Positions 49,540 through 60,118 of a stretch of DNA of 64,000 nucleotides are shown piece after piece (within the stretch, counting starts at the first letter, position 1; each line of letters opens with the position of its first letter). A model generated the notes under the pieces. It searched no databases. It had not been told where the DNA came from and was given only the letters and a program-made list of their open reading frames with translations. Source of the stretch: an uncultured delta proteobacterium (GTDB lineage: Bacteria; Desulfobacterota; BSN033; UBA1163); NCBI GenBank assembly GCA_963708295.1, contig CAVPSJ010000007.1, positions 128,001 through 192,000 on the forward strand, given 5' to 3'. A program made the translations under genes and the position numbers.

Positions 49540-50577
49540 TTGCACGATGAAGGTTCATTTTTGAAAGAACAGCAAGTCGAAGACTCGACGCTACGAGGCG
49601 AGGCCGCCGAAAAGGTCATCTTTGATGATCTCCAGTTGGCCAATACTCTTTTCGGCCCCCACAGCGAAAATCTAAGACGCATTGCCAGGACGATCGGAGT
49701 GAAGATCAATGCCAAAGGCAATGCTCTCACCATCCGTGGAGAGGATCTGGATGTCGACCTGTCCATCCGCGTTCTGAACGACCTTTATGCCCTCCTGAAG
49801 AAGGGGTACCCTCTTTACCCAACCGATATTGATTACGCCGTTCGAATGATCTCCGACGATCGGACTGTTAGCCTTGAGGATATCTTCCTCGATACGGTCT
49901 ATATCTCGTCGAGAAAAAGGGCGATCACACCCAAGAGCTTGGCTCAGAAACGCTACATTGACGCCATTCGAAAATACGATCTGGTGATTGGGATTGGTCC
50001 TGCGGGAACGGGAAAGACCTATCTGGCCATGGCCATGGCCGTCGCTCATCTCATGAAGCAGGAGGTGGAGAGGATCGTGTTGACCCGCCCTGCGGTCGAA
50101 GCCGGCGAGAAATTAGGATTTCTTCCCGGAGACATTGCTGAAAAGGTCAACCCCTATCTACGCCCCCTCTACGATGCTTTACATGATATGATGGATTTCG
50201 ACCGGGTTTCTAAACTTGTGGAGAGGGGCGTGATCGAAGTGGCTCCCCTGGCCTTCATGAGGGGGAGAACCCTTAATGATTCCTTCGTCATCCTCGACGA
50301 GGCGCAAAATACAGGACCGGAACAGATGAAGATGTTTTTAACACGATTGGGCTACAGCTCCAAGGCCGTGATCACGGGTGATATTACACAGGTGGACCTT
50401 CCGGAAAATAAGACGTCGGGCCTGGTGGAAATCCAGGGCATCCTGAAGGGGATCGAAGGGATTGAATTCGTTTATTTCTCAGACAAGGATGTCGTCAGAC
50501 ACCCTTTGGTTCAGGAGATTATCAAGGCCTATGAAAGAATGGAGGAAAAGCGACGCCGGCCAAAGGACACTCTTTGA
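49540..50577 (+). CDS. phoH: PhoH-family ATPase (KH + PhoH; start codon uncertain)
   Basis: [53 protein letters not shown] and VVRHPLV. Confidence 0.93.
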   Translation: MHDEGSFLKEQQVEDSTLRGEAAEKVIFDDLQLANTLFGPHSENLRRIARTIGVKINAKGNALTIRGEDLDVDLSIRVLNDLYALLKKGYPLYPTDIDYAVRMISDDRTVSLEDIFLDTVYISSRKRAITPKSLAQKRYIDAIRKYDLVIGIGPAGTGKTYLAMAMAVAHLMKQEVERIVLTRPAVEAGEKLGFLPGDIAEKVNPYLRPLYDALHDMMDFDRVSKLVERGVIEVAPLAFMRGRTLNDSFVILDEAQNTGPEQMKMFLTRLGYSSKAVITGDITQVDLPENKTSGLVEIQGILKGIEGIEFVYFSDKDVVRHPLVQEIIKAYERMEEKRRRPKDTL

Positions 50578-50583
50578 CAATCT

Positions 50584-52978
50584 ATGATAAAAACATCCCT
50601 AAAGAAATTTATCCTTGATCTTCCTTTCCTCAGAACCACCAACGACCTGAGGGACCGTTCATGGCTGGAAAGGATCAAAACCCCTTCTTATCAGAAATGG
50701 TTTATCGGCATCGGAATCGCCAGCCTTCTCGCCCTTCTTCTCTCACCCAGCCTGACCCTCCACGTTAAAGAATACAAGGTAGGCGACATTGCGACCAAAG
50801 AAGTCAGATCCGCCCAGGACCTTTTGATCGAGGATGAGAAGTCGACTCAAGAGAAACGTGCCGAAGCCGAGAGATCCGTCCTGTCCATCTATGACTTTGA
50901 CCCTGCGGTTCTCACGGATTGCGAAAATCGAGTCCGGTCCGCCTTCGAATCATTGGCCGCCTCCTTCCAAAAAAGAGAAAAGGGAGTGGATCAAAGCATC
51001 CTCAGGAAAAAGGAATGGGAGTCTACATTACGCCTTTCCCTCACTCAAAAGGAATGGCAGGTTCTAGAAAGGGAGCGCTTCAATCCCGCCATTGGAGAGG
51101 CCGCCCTGAAGATCATTGCCCCCGTCCTGAATAAGGGGATCGTCAACGACAAAGAACTTCTTGATCCCGATGCGGAAAAAGGGGTCCTCCTCCGGAATAT
51201 CCAGACCCGAGGGCTGAGAAGGAGCTTTCCACCTTTTAGCTTCTTGGATCTTAAGGAGGCAAGAGCCATCCTTCGGGCTCAGGCGGGGGTTCTGTCCCCT
51301 CCCTTGGGGAAGGAGGCTTCCGCCATCGCGTTTAAGATCGCCGAACACTTTCTAAGGCTCAATCTCACCTTTAATAAGAATGAAACCGAAGGGAAAAAGA
51401 CAGATGCAAAAGAAAGAGTGAACCCCGTCTATTTTCAAATCAAACGAGGAGAGGTGATCCTGCGGGCAGGGGACCGAGTTCAGGAAGAAGATCTTGCAAA
51501 AATCAAGGTCCTCAAGAAGGCACAGGAAAGAACCCACCTCCTGACCGTCCTGATCGGCATGGGCCTCCTGATTTTCCTCGTCCTCGCCAGCCTTTACCAA
51601 TTCTCCACACAAAACATCCGAAAGGTCGCCCTTTCCCAGAAAGATCTCCTCTTCTGCTCCACCGCGCTGCTCGGAACCCTGGCCTTCCTCAAACTTTTCC
51701 AGTTGAGCGCGGATGTTCTGGGGGAGAATTTTTCTCCATCCCCTCGTCTTCCTACCTGTATCTTTTCCCTGTCGCCACCGGCGCCATGCTCGTTCGAATC
51801 GTTCTCAACTCAGAGGTCGCCATTTTCTTCTCACTCCTGACGAGTTATTTTTCAGCGGCCTTGATGGGAAACCAGCTTTTCTACTTTATATTCACTCTCG
51901 TGGGAAGTGTGGTCGGTGCTCATAAGGTCGCACGCTGCGAACAGAGGAGCATCCTCCTCAGAGCCGGTATCACGGTGGGAGGAATCAACGTCCTCATGAT
52001 ATTCTCTTACAGCCTCATTTCCCAAAATTTTCTTAAAATGACCTTCCTCTCAGACTTATTGATGGGTTTTCTGGGAGGCGCTCTCGCTTCGGTCCTCGTC
52101 TTAGGAATTGTCTCCATCATTGAAACCCTGTTCGGCTATACCACGGATATCAAACTGCTTGAACTGGCCAACATGGACCATCCCATTCTGAAAGACCTCA
52201 TTCTTCAGGCTCCCGGCACCTATCACCACAGCATCATTGTCGGCAGCCTCGTGGAAGCCGCTGCCAAATCGATCGGGGCCAATCCTCTCTTGGCGAGAGT
52301 CAGCGCTTACTATCATGACGTGGGAAAATTGAAAAAGCCTCTCTACTTCATCGAAAATGCAGGAGGGGGGAGAATAAACACGAGCATCTCACTCCCACGA
52401 TGTCGAGCCTCATCCTCATTTCCCATGTCAAGGATGGAGTGGAGTTGGCTCGTGAAAACCGCCTGGGAGAACGAATCGGCCACATTATTCTGCAGCATCA
52501 CGGGACGAGCCTGATCTCCTACTTTTATCAGAAAGCCAAGGAAAAAGCGAATCCCGAGATGGGATCGATCAATGAGGACGATTTCCGATATCCCGGCCCG
52601 AAACCCCAGACCAAGGAAGCGGGAATCGTCATGCTGGCCGACTCGGTAGAAGCCGCCTCTCGGGCCCTCACCGATCCCACACCTTCCCGGATCAAGAGCC
52701 TCGTTCAACGGGTGACGAACAGCATTTTCTTGGATGGACAGATGGAAGAGTGTGAACTGACCCTGAAGGACCTTCAAAAAATTCAGGAGAGTTTTAACCG
52801 AATCTTAACCGCTATCTTTCACCAGAGAGTGGATTACCCCGCATCAACGAGCACGGAATCACCGCTAAGAAGGAACGATGAAGATCTGGATTCGAAACCA
52901 GCAAAAACATATCCCCTTAGACTTAAGAAAAATAAGAAGGGCGGCCCAAAGGATATTGACCGAATTGGGGTTTCTTGA
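50584..52978 (+). CDS. 7TM-HD phosphohydrolase (PgpH-like c-di-AMP phosphodiesterase), 2 frameshifts
   Basis: Extracellular domain and TM region, then APGTYHHS, YYHDVGK, YFIEN, SHVKDG, QHHGT, FRYPGPKPQTKE and MLAD. Both indels sit in G-runs near 51722 and 52367. phoH-HD-ybeY synteny. Confidence 0.85.
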
Positions 52979-53333
52979 TGCCGAGCTCAGCCTCCTGCTG
53001 GTCGATGATACCCGGATTCGAGAATTGAATCGGAAGCATCTCGGACGGGATAGGCCCACGAATGTGCTCGCTTTCTCCATGAGGGAGGGCGAATTCTTGA
53101 CCCTCCATCCTCACCTCCTCGGAGACCTGGTGATTTCGGTCGAAACAGCCAAGCGCCAATCGAACCGCTTCGGCCTCGACGCAATGGGGATGGTCATCCT
53201 TTTATTGGTCCACGGTGTGCTTCACTTGGTTGGCTATGAACATGAGGGATCGAAAAAAGGCGCCCGGGAGATGACCCTCAAACAGAAAGAACTCCTTCAC
53301 ATCATAACCGGAGTGAAGAGTGCGCCAGTGTAA
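52878..53333 (+). CDS. ybeY: rRNA maturation endoribonuclease YbeY
   Basis: IRELN, PTNVLAF, LGDLVIS and HGVLHLVGYEH. Confidence 0.93.
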   Translation: MKIWIRNQQKHIPLDLRKIRRAAQRILTELGFLDAELSLLLVDDTRIRELNRKHLGRDRPTNVLAFSMREGEFLTLHPHLLGDLVISVETAKRQSNRFGLDAMGMVILLLVHGVLHLVGYEHEGSKKGAREMTLKQKELLHIITGVKSAPV

Positions 53334-53465
53334 AATGCAAAATTAATCCCGCCGAGGCGGGACAAAATGAGCATGGGATAATGCCACTCTCCAACGTCCA
53401 ATTTTCCCATTCTCCCCATTGCTGAATTTGTACTGCTCATTTATTGATTTGCAATGATTCCCTTC

Positions 53466-54092
53466 TTAGTTGAAGATCCAGAGTTTTCGGAGACGCTCAA
53501 AGCGCTTCAGGAAATCAAGCTCATCAGGAGTCAACAAAGCAGGAGCGATTCTTTTCTTCAATTTCAATAATCCCCCATAATCCACCCACCGAAGGAGGGG
53601 GAAAAGGTAACGTCGGAGCAATCCCTTTTCTTTAAAGGCAAAACTGCTATTGAAGTCGATGAGGAAAGGCTCTCCTTTCTCGGAGACCAGAATGTTTCCC
53701 TTATGCCTCAAATCCATGTGGACCACTCCCCTTTCATGAATATCTCCAAGGACTCTTTCTAATTCCTGAAAAAAAGAAGGCGGAAGGGGCTCCCCTCTCA
53801 GGATGGATCTTCCTGGAATGAACTCCATGGCAAAAGCAAAACGGTCAATACGCTCCACGGGCTGTGGGATGCCTTTCATCCCTGCGAGCCGGGAATAGAT
53901 CCTCCACTCTTTGTGAATCAACCAGAGTCCCAATGTCCATCTTAAGAAAACATTCCTATTTCGGACATCCTTTATCATCAAAGGTCGGCCTTCGACATCC
54001 ACCCGATTCAAGTCGGGCTTCCCGGCCCTCCCTTTGACAAGGGAAATAGAACGTTCAATATCTTCTCGCTTCACTGACTCTCTCTCTGCCAA
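53466..54092 (-). CDS. RIO/LPS-kinase-like protein kinase fold protein
   Basis: MIKD, MEFIPG, VVHMDLRHKGNIL and LIDF. Confidence 0.7.
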   Translation of the reverse strand: MAERESVKREDIERSISLVKGRAGKPDLNRVDVEGRPLMIKDVRNRNVFLRWTLGLWLIHKEWRIYSRLAGMKGIPQPVERIDRFAFAMEFIPGRSILRGEPLPPSFFQELERVLGDIHERGVVHMDLRHKGNILVSEKGEPFLIDFNSSFAFKEKGLLRRYLFPLLRWVDYGGLLKLKKRIAPALLTPDELDFLKRFERLRKLWIFN

Positions 54093-54116
54093 CGTGGGGA
54101 AAAGGGAGGCGAAACA

Positions 54117-54674
54117 TTAAAAGACAAGGCCCCAGTAGGGACGACTGAGGATCAGGACGATTCCGGCGAGGACAATGACAAATATCCCCTCTTCGCTGTT
54201 TTCAACAAAGCATCTGAATTGCCAAGAGGCTTTTCTGTCCGAATAGGGAGTCCATCGGGGAAGGTATTCCGGCACCTTCTCATCGTATTCTTCGTATTGG
54301 TCTCCAAAACGGTTCTTTAATCGGTCTCCCTCCATCTTCTTCTTATACGGGATGTAATGGAAACAAAACATGAAGAAGGCTGCCGCCAGAAGATAAATAT
54401 TATCCGCCATGATACAAAATCCTGTCGTTATGAAAATAGATCCGATGTAAAGCGGATTTTTGACATAAGCATAAGGGCCCGTAACGGTCAGAACCTCGTT
54501 CTTCTGGAGATGGCCTGCTGCCCAGATGCGAGTGGCTTCCCCCAAAAAGATCAAAAACATTCCAATCCAGATTGCGGGTAACTGGGGTTTCGCGAAAATC
54601 AACAATAAAGCGGCTCCGATAAAAAGCGGAACTCTTCGAACCTTTCTTTGCCATGTCTTCCTCGTCTCGTCCAT
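54117..54674 (-). CDS. Isoprenylcysteine carboxyl/phospholipid methyltransferase family membrane protein
   Basis: RIWAAGHL, LTVTGPYAYVKNPLYIG and FGDQYEEY...VP. Confidence 0.8.
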   Translation of the reverse strand: MDETRKTWQRKVRRVPLFIGAALLLIFAKPQLPAIWIGMFLIFLGEATRIWAAGHLQKNEVLTVTGPYAYVKNPLYIGSIFITTGFCIMADNIYLLAAAFFMFCFHYIPYKKKMEGDRLKNRFGDQYEEYDEKVPEYLPRWTPYSDRKASWQFRCFVENSEEGIFVIVLAGIVLILSRPYWGLVF

Positions 54675-54697
54675 ACCCCCCTCTCTTTCCTCCCGTC

Positions 54698-55453
54698 TCA
54701 AATCCTTTCCTCGATCTCGTACCGGATGGCGCGGTGCTTCATCCATCTCACGGCCAGCAAATCAACGAAGGATCGCATCATGCGATTTCGAATGTTGTAT
54801 TTTGACTTCCCAAACTTCCTCGGATGGTGAGAAACGGGGACTTCGATAATCCGACATCCTTCCCTCTTAACTAGGGTGGAAAGGAAACGGTGCATCCCGT
54901 TAAACACTGGAATCCCCTGAACGCATTCTCTTTTGAACGCCCGGAGGGTACAGGCGCTGTCCTGGATGGTCTCTCCGGTCAATCGATTCCGAACGCCGTT
55001 CCCAATGGCAGAGGAGATTCTTTTCAGCCATGAATCTTCTCTTTTCTGCCGCCACCCTGTGGCCATATCATAGCGATCCAAGTATTCCAACAGCTTCGGG
55101 ATGTCGGCAGGATCATTCTGAAGGTCAGAATCCAGGGTGACAATTTTTTCTCCCCGGGCTTCTCTCATTCCTGCCACGAGGGCCGTGCTCAACCCACGAT
55201 TCTCTCTGAGGCGGAGGACCCGGAGAGAAGGGGCCTGAGAGGCCATGTCTCTCAAAATCTTCGGGCTCCCGTCGAAACTTCCGTCATCCACGAAGATCAT
55301 TTCCCAGGAGCATCCAAGGCCTTGCAAAACCTTCTGCAGTTTTGAGATTAATAAAGGCAGGTTTCCTTCCTCATTGTAGACGGGCACCACAACCGAAATC
55401 TCAATCTTTTCATTTTGTTCGGCAGACGGCTTCATCGATCCATTTAATTTCAA
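54698..55453 (-). CDS. GT2 glycosyltransferase (polyprenyl-phosphate glycosyltransferase-like; start uncertain)
   Basis: SVVVPVYNEE, VDDGS, LDSDLQNDPADIP, GMHRFL and HHPRKFGKSKY. Confidence 0.88.
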   Translation of the reverse strand: MKLNGSMKPSAEQNEKIEISVVVPVYNEEGNLPLLISKLQKVLQGLGCSWEMIFVDDGSFDGSPKILRDMASQAPSLRVLRLRENRGLSTALVAGMREARGEKIVTLDSDLQNDPADIPKLLEYLDRYDMATGWRQKREDSWLKRISSAIGNGVRNRLTGETIQDSACTLRAFKRECVQGIPVFNGMHRFLSTLVKREGCRIIEVPVSHHPRKFGKSKYNIRNRMMRSFVDLLAVRWMKHRAIRYEIEERI

Positions 55454-55509
55454 AGGTCCAAACCTCCCGCTCAGGGCTTCACCTGTGTCATTGGCTTCAT
55501 CGATTCATA

Positions 55510-57162
55510 CTACCGGTTTGAAATCAGGACAAATTCCTTTCCCCCGACCCGACGTCGAAGAATCAATTGAAACTCTGTACGATTTCCTGCCATCTGAACT
55601 TTTAAAAAATCTCTGGACCGAAGGAGACAGAAAACTCTCTCCTGAGAGCTTAAGAAATCGGAGAGGGCTTTTTCCTCTTCTAACACCGTTATCGGAATGA
55701 TTCCAGTATAAAAATTATAGGGGGTCGGTTCAAAATCTCCGTAGAGGGCGAGCTTGTCACCGGATTGCATCCGTGAAGTGATCTCCTGACAGACAAAGCG
55801 GGCCGATTTGTGAGGGTTCACAAGGGGAAACACAACTCTTAACGTATAGAAGAACCCGACCGTCATCACTCCAACGATGATGAGAAAAACGGCTCCGTAA
55901 TGCTTGGATCGGTTGAACAGGAAGAGGAGGATGCTGACCCCGACCAGGAAGAAGGCGACGGGAATGCTGTATGAAAGGTAAAAAGGCAGTTTTGCCCAAA
56001 TCACCCAAGGCAGCGACACTCCGGCCGCAAAAATCACTCCCGTCAAACCATAGAGGGGGATCATGATCCATTCATGCTGAAGAGGTCTCAAGGAAAAAGA
56101 GATGAGGTCCTCCCAAAGCTTTCCAATCATGAGTGACGCCACCGGGAAAAGGGGCAAGAAATAGAGTCCCCTCTTTCCCTTCGACAGGGTGAAGAAGAGG
56201 AAGATAAAAGCGAACCAGACCCCCAGAAAAAGAAATTCCTTTCTCTTGGTCGCCATGGCCCCGGAAAATCCGTACACCATCGCGGCAGGAAGAAAGATGA
56301 TCCAGGGCAAGAAGTCCGCTGGAAAGTTGTAAAAATAATAATAGATGGGCCGAATATGCGATGAGCCTATGGCAAAGCGGTCAAACGAATGGTGCAGCAG
56401 GGTCTGATTCAGGTAGTACATTCCGCCTTTTAAGATGGCCGGGAAATACCAGGCTAAAGCGACGGCGCAAAAGAGCGCCATCCCGGGAAGGAGTCTCATC
56501 CCTCTGATCTTCTTCCATTCTTTTTGGACCAATAGAAAAACGAGCGTGATTCCTAAAGGGAGGATAAAGCCAACCGGTCCCTTGGCCAGGGTAGCCAGGG
56601 CCATCCCGATGTAGTATCCGAAAAAAGAGAGGCCCCCTATCCTTTCCGGGGGATCTGCTCCTTCCTGGCACCGCTGATACCACTGGAGAAAGCAGAGGAT
56701 CGAAGCCGTGATAAAGAACGTCAGGGTCGTATCCATATTTCCCCGCGTAGAAAGATACGCGAATTGGACACTGGTTGCCAGAATAAGACCCGCGAGGAAC
56801 CCTGCCCGTGAGGAATATAGCCTCTTTCCAATGAAAAAAGTGAGCAGCACGGTCAGGGTCCCGAAGAGAGCAGAGGGAAATCTGATTGAAAAAGGACTCA
56901 TCCCTCCGAAGAGGAAGGAGGAAAGACCAATGGCCCAGAAAAAAAGAGGAGGCTTATCGGTGTAAAGGTTCCCGTTACGGTGCATCAAAATCCAGTCTCC
57001 CCGATTCACCATCTCTCTCGAAACTTGAGCGTAACGGGGCTCGTCAGGATTCCAGAGGTCCCATTGGCCCAGGTTGACAAAATAAAGGAGGAAGCAGACT
57101 CCCAGGAGAAGAGCAAGCTGGGCCCACGGCTGAGGGGTCATTTTCGAAAATCGTTGATTCAT
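55510..57162 (-). CDS. ArnT-family (GT-C) glycosyltransferase
   Basis: LWNPDEPRYAQVSREM, DKPPLFFW, RFPSA and AKGPVG. Confidence 0.88.
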   Translation of the reverse strand: MNQRFSKMTPQPWAQLALLLGVCFLLYFVNLGQWDLWNPDEPRYAQVSREMVNRGDWILMHRNGNLYTDKPPLFFWAIGLSSFLFGGMSPFSIRFPSALFGTLTVLLTFFIGKRLYSSRAGFLAGLILATSVQFAYLSTRGNMDTTLTFFITASILCFLQWYQRCQEGADPPERIGGLSFFGYYIGMALATLAKGPVGFILPLGITLVFLLVQKEWKKIRGMRLLPGMALFCAVALAWYFPAILKGGMYYLNQTLLHHSFDRFAIGSSHIRPIYYYFYNFPADFLPWIIFLPAAMVYGFSGAMATKRKEFLFLGVWFAFIFLFFTLSKGKRGLYFLPLFPVASLMIGKLWEDLISFSLRPLQHEWIMIPLYGLTGVIFAAGVSLPWVIWAKLPFYLSYSIPVAFFLVGVSILLFLFNRSKHYGAVFLIIVGVMTVGFFYTLRVVFPLVNPHKSARFVCQEITSRMQSGDKLALYGDFEPTPYNFYTGIIPITVLEEEKALSDFLSSQERVFCLLRSRDFLKVQMAGNRTEFQLILRRRVGGKEFVLISNR

Positions 57163-57166
57163 CTGC

Positions 57167-58864
57167 TCATTCCATGGTCTCAGTCACCGTACCTCGCGGT
57201 GAAACGTAGACCAATCCCCTCTGGCGGCTTTTATGGATCAACCCACGGAGAAAAGCCTTTGGGTTCTTGACAACGGGATTGAGACGCAGGTACTCCCTGA
57301 GAAACCTGTAGCGGTCGACTTTCGTCATGGTCCGAGGAGTGGAAGTGTTGAGCTGGAGAAAATTTCTGAACAATGTTTTCCGGTTCACTTTCACATCCAT
57401 CAGAATATCCTCGAAATCCAAAAGATGAAAATTCCAGGTGTCTCCCGCTTCTGATACAAGGATATTACAGGTCTTCATATCCTTATGGAGGAGACGCATT
57501 TTGTGAAGGCCGGCAAGCCAATGGGCAACGGTTCTGATAAAAAGCCTTTTCTTCTTCAAATCTTCAAACCCGCTAAAAATATACCGATCCATTTCCTGGT
57601 CGTCACCCCGGGCCTCCATCAGCAGAAAACTTTCCCTCAAACCGAACCAGTCTTTTCTCTCCACGAAGGCAAGGGGTCTAAGAGACGGAAGGCCTCTTGC
57701 TCGAATGCCATTGGCCCCTTTCCAAGACTTAAACCCTTTCGAACGGCGGAAATGTTCTTTCATCCGCCCCCAGAAGGAAGGGTAGCGAAATTGCTTCAAA
57801 CAGACCCCTTCCCCTTCGTCTTCCAATATGGAGACGATCACCTCCGGGGAATATTTGACGAGGGTAGAGGGCCTTTCTCTCACGAGTTTTTGGTGCTCCG
57901 CCATCACCCTTTTCAGACGCCCCAGGGGGAAATCCCTTCGATGAAAATAACAAATCCCCTTTTCCCTTTGCACCGTAAACTCAGTGCTTTCTTTCAAACA
58001 TCGCTTCGTTCTACTCTGCCACTGCTTCACTTGAAGGTCGTCCATGATGGGACGAATCTTTTGATGTAAAATCTCTCTTTCCTGAGAACGGTCGAGCGTC
58101 CCCTCAAAGTATCGATCCAAGAATCGAAGCTGGTCCTCTTCGCCCCACATCGATCTTAAGGAATGAAAGAGATGTGACAAATTCCATAACCTCCGGCGTA
58201 AGGACACCGACTTTAGGATTTTGGCACGGTGTAAATCGGTAATAAAAAGGGACTCTCCCTGCCACAAAAAGTTCCCTCCGTGAAGATCCCGATGAAATAA
58301 CCCTGCTTCTTGATATTTCTTCACGGCCGTCGCTAATTCAGCAATCGAACGAGGTTCTTTCGATTTTGCCACTTCCTCAATGAATGAAACCCCTGTCCCA
58401 ATCGCCTCGGAGAGGTAATAACTCTCTTTGACCCACCCCTTCCGAACCCGTTCTATCCAGCCCAAGGGTTTCGGGACGGGGAGACCTCTCATTTCCAATT
58501 GGGATGCGATGAGGAATTCTTTCTGCCCCCTGGAAGGAAGAAAAAGATACTTCAACCCCTCCATCCAGTCTTTCGTTTTATCCCTTTTGAAAAAAACCCT
58601 TCCTCCATCCGAGAAGCTTAGAAGAGCTGCCCACCTCCACTTCGATCTTTTGAGGATCTTTCCTCCCACCTCCTCGATACAAGAGAGAGGATCCTCAAAA
58701 AAATCGGAGGGGAGACCGTCCCACACCTCCCCTCTCACCCACCCCCTCAACTCACCTTTCAATACTCTTCTGAGAGTTGAATTCCCCATCTGCCCCGTTA
58801 GGAAAACACTACAATTGGATTGAGCTGTCATGGGTCTTAAAATGCCTTCCCAATAAAGCAGCAT
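57167..58864 (-). CDS. Tandem-domain LPS kinase (WaaP/KdkA/InaA-like; start uncertain)
   Basis: Two kinase catalytic loops: FHRDLHGGN...ITDL and LHKDMKTCNIL...LLDFE. Confidence 0.78.
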   Translation of the reverse strand: MLLYWEGILRPMTAQSNCSVFLTGQMGNSTLRRVLKGELRGWVRGEVWDGLPSDFFEDPLSCIEEVGGKILKRSKWRWAALLSFSDGGRVFFKRDKTKDWMEGLKYLFLPSRGQKEFLIASQLEMRGLPVPKPLGWIERVRKGWVKESYYLSEAIGTGVSFIEEVAKSKEPRSIAELATAVKKYQEAGLFHRDLHGGNFLWQGESLFITDLHRAKILKSVSLRRRLWNLSHLFHSLRSMWGEEDQLRFLDRYFEGTLDRSQEREILHQKIRPIMDDLQVKQWQSRTKRCLKESTEFTVQREKGICYFHRRDFPLGRLKRVMAEHQKLVRERPSTLVKYSPEVIVSILEDEGEGVCLKQFRYPSFWGRMKEHFRRSKGFKSWKGANGIRARGLPSLRPLAFVERKDWFGLRESFLLMEARGDDQEMDRYIFSGFEDLKKKRLFIRTVAHWLAGLHKMRLLHKDMKTCNILVSEAGDTWNFHLLDFEDILMDVKVNRKTLFRNFLQLNTSTPRTMTKVDRYRFLREYLRLNPVVKNPKAFLRGLIHKSRQRGLVYVSPRGTVTETME

Positions 58865-58882
58865 CCAAGAACGCCCCCGTTT

Positions 58883-60043
58883 CTAACGGGGTCCGAGCTC
58901 GATCATCTGTTGATAAAAACCTTCAACGGCTTCCACCTGTTGATCCAATTGGAAATCCTGGTGCGCCTTCTGATAGGCTGCCCTTCCCAAGGCTTCTCGC
59001 AATCCCGGATCGTGAAGCAAACGAAGGGCCGCATGGGCTAATTCATCGGCGGTGTCGTTCACAACTAAGCCTGAAATGCCATCCTCCACCAACTCGGGAA
59101 GCATCCCCCGATTGGCCACGATGACCGGTTTGCCCATGGCCATGGCTTCTCTTAGAGCTCTGGCGGTTCCATCCGATCCGGCCATTAAGAAAACAAAGAT
59201 GTCCATGCAGGCTAAAGTAGCGAGATAATCCTTCGTTTGATATCCTCCCAGAACAACCCACTTTTCAACGCCGAGTTGTTTCATGGGTTGGATGACACTC
59301 TGTTCTATCTGACCCGACCGGCCAACCAAAAGAATCTTCACGTTTTCAAATTCTTTCGCAATCCTTTTGACCGCCTCTAGAAAGACGGCTGTCCTTCTGT
59401 ACTTTTGAAATCGGGCGATCATTCCGATAACGACCTCCTTGGGTTCGATCCCGAAAAAGGTCCTCATATCCTTAAATTTCCCACGGGGATCGTACCGGTT
59501 TAAATCCAGCGCTGGCGAGATCTTCCTGACCCTCTCCAGAGAAAGCCCGAAATGCTCTGCGTCTTCTCTCCGCGCTCTTTCAGAAAAGGTGATCATGCCG
59601 TCCGTGAACCGAGAGATGAGAAAGCGATTTCCCAAGCTGGGTTTCAAAGGATCTCGCTTGTGGTCGGACCGAATGACGATCATAGGATGGCCTGACCTCC
59701 GCGCAGCGATTCCCCCCAAGAGATGACCATGGGTATGGTGCACGTTGAGAATATCGAACTTACCCTCACGAAGATAGCGGGTCAGGTCCATCATGTCACG
59801 GAAATGAGTGGGCAGAAAGGAGGGGTGATAAAACTTCACGGAATGATCCAGGTGAAACCGATCCGTCGCCTTCACTCCTGATTGGAGGACCCTTCTTTCA
59901 ATACTATCCTCTATGGGGAAAGGAGGTTTGCGATAGGCAAAGGTGACGTCATGGCCTCGTTTCTCCAATTCTTTACAGAGGGTCAACGTCGGATCAGCAG
60001 GACCGGTCCACTTCCAGTTGCTGAAAAGATGAAGGATCTTCAT
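58883..60043 (-). CDS. GT4 glycosyltransferase
   Basis: MKILHL, VIGMIAR, DIFVF, REAMAMGKPVI and ELVEDGISG. Confidence 0.88.
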   Translation of the reverse strand: MKILHLFSNWKWTGPADPTLTLCKELEKRGHDVTFAYRKPPFPIEDSIERRVLQSGVKATDRFHLDHSVKFYHPSFLPTHFRDMMDLTRYLREGKFDILNVHHTHGHLLGGIAARRSGHPMIVIRSDHKRDPLKPSLGNRFLISRFTDGMITFSERARREDAEHFGLSLERVRKISPALDLNRYDPRGKFKDMRTFFGIEPKEVVIGMIARFQKYRRTAVFLEAVKRIAKEFENVKILLVGRSGQIEQSVIQPMKQLGVEKWVVLGGYQTKDYLATLACMDIFVFLMAGSDGTARALREAMAMGKPVIVANRGMLPELVEDGISGLVVNDTADELAHAALRLLHDPGLREALGRAAYQKAHQDFQLDQQVEAVEGFYQQMIELGPR

Positions 60044-60118
60044 TCTGTTTAAAACCCTCGCCCCTCATCTATCCCCTCTCCCCGGGAAAGAAGGCGGGAC
60101 AAAGGGGATAGCCGTGGA

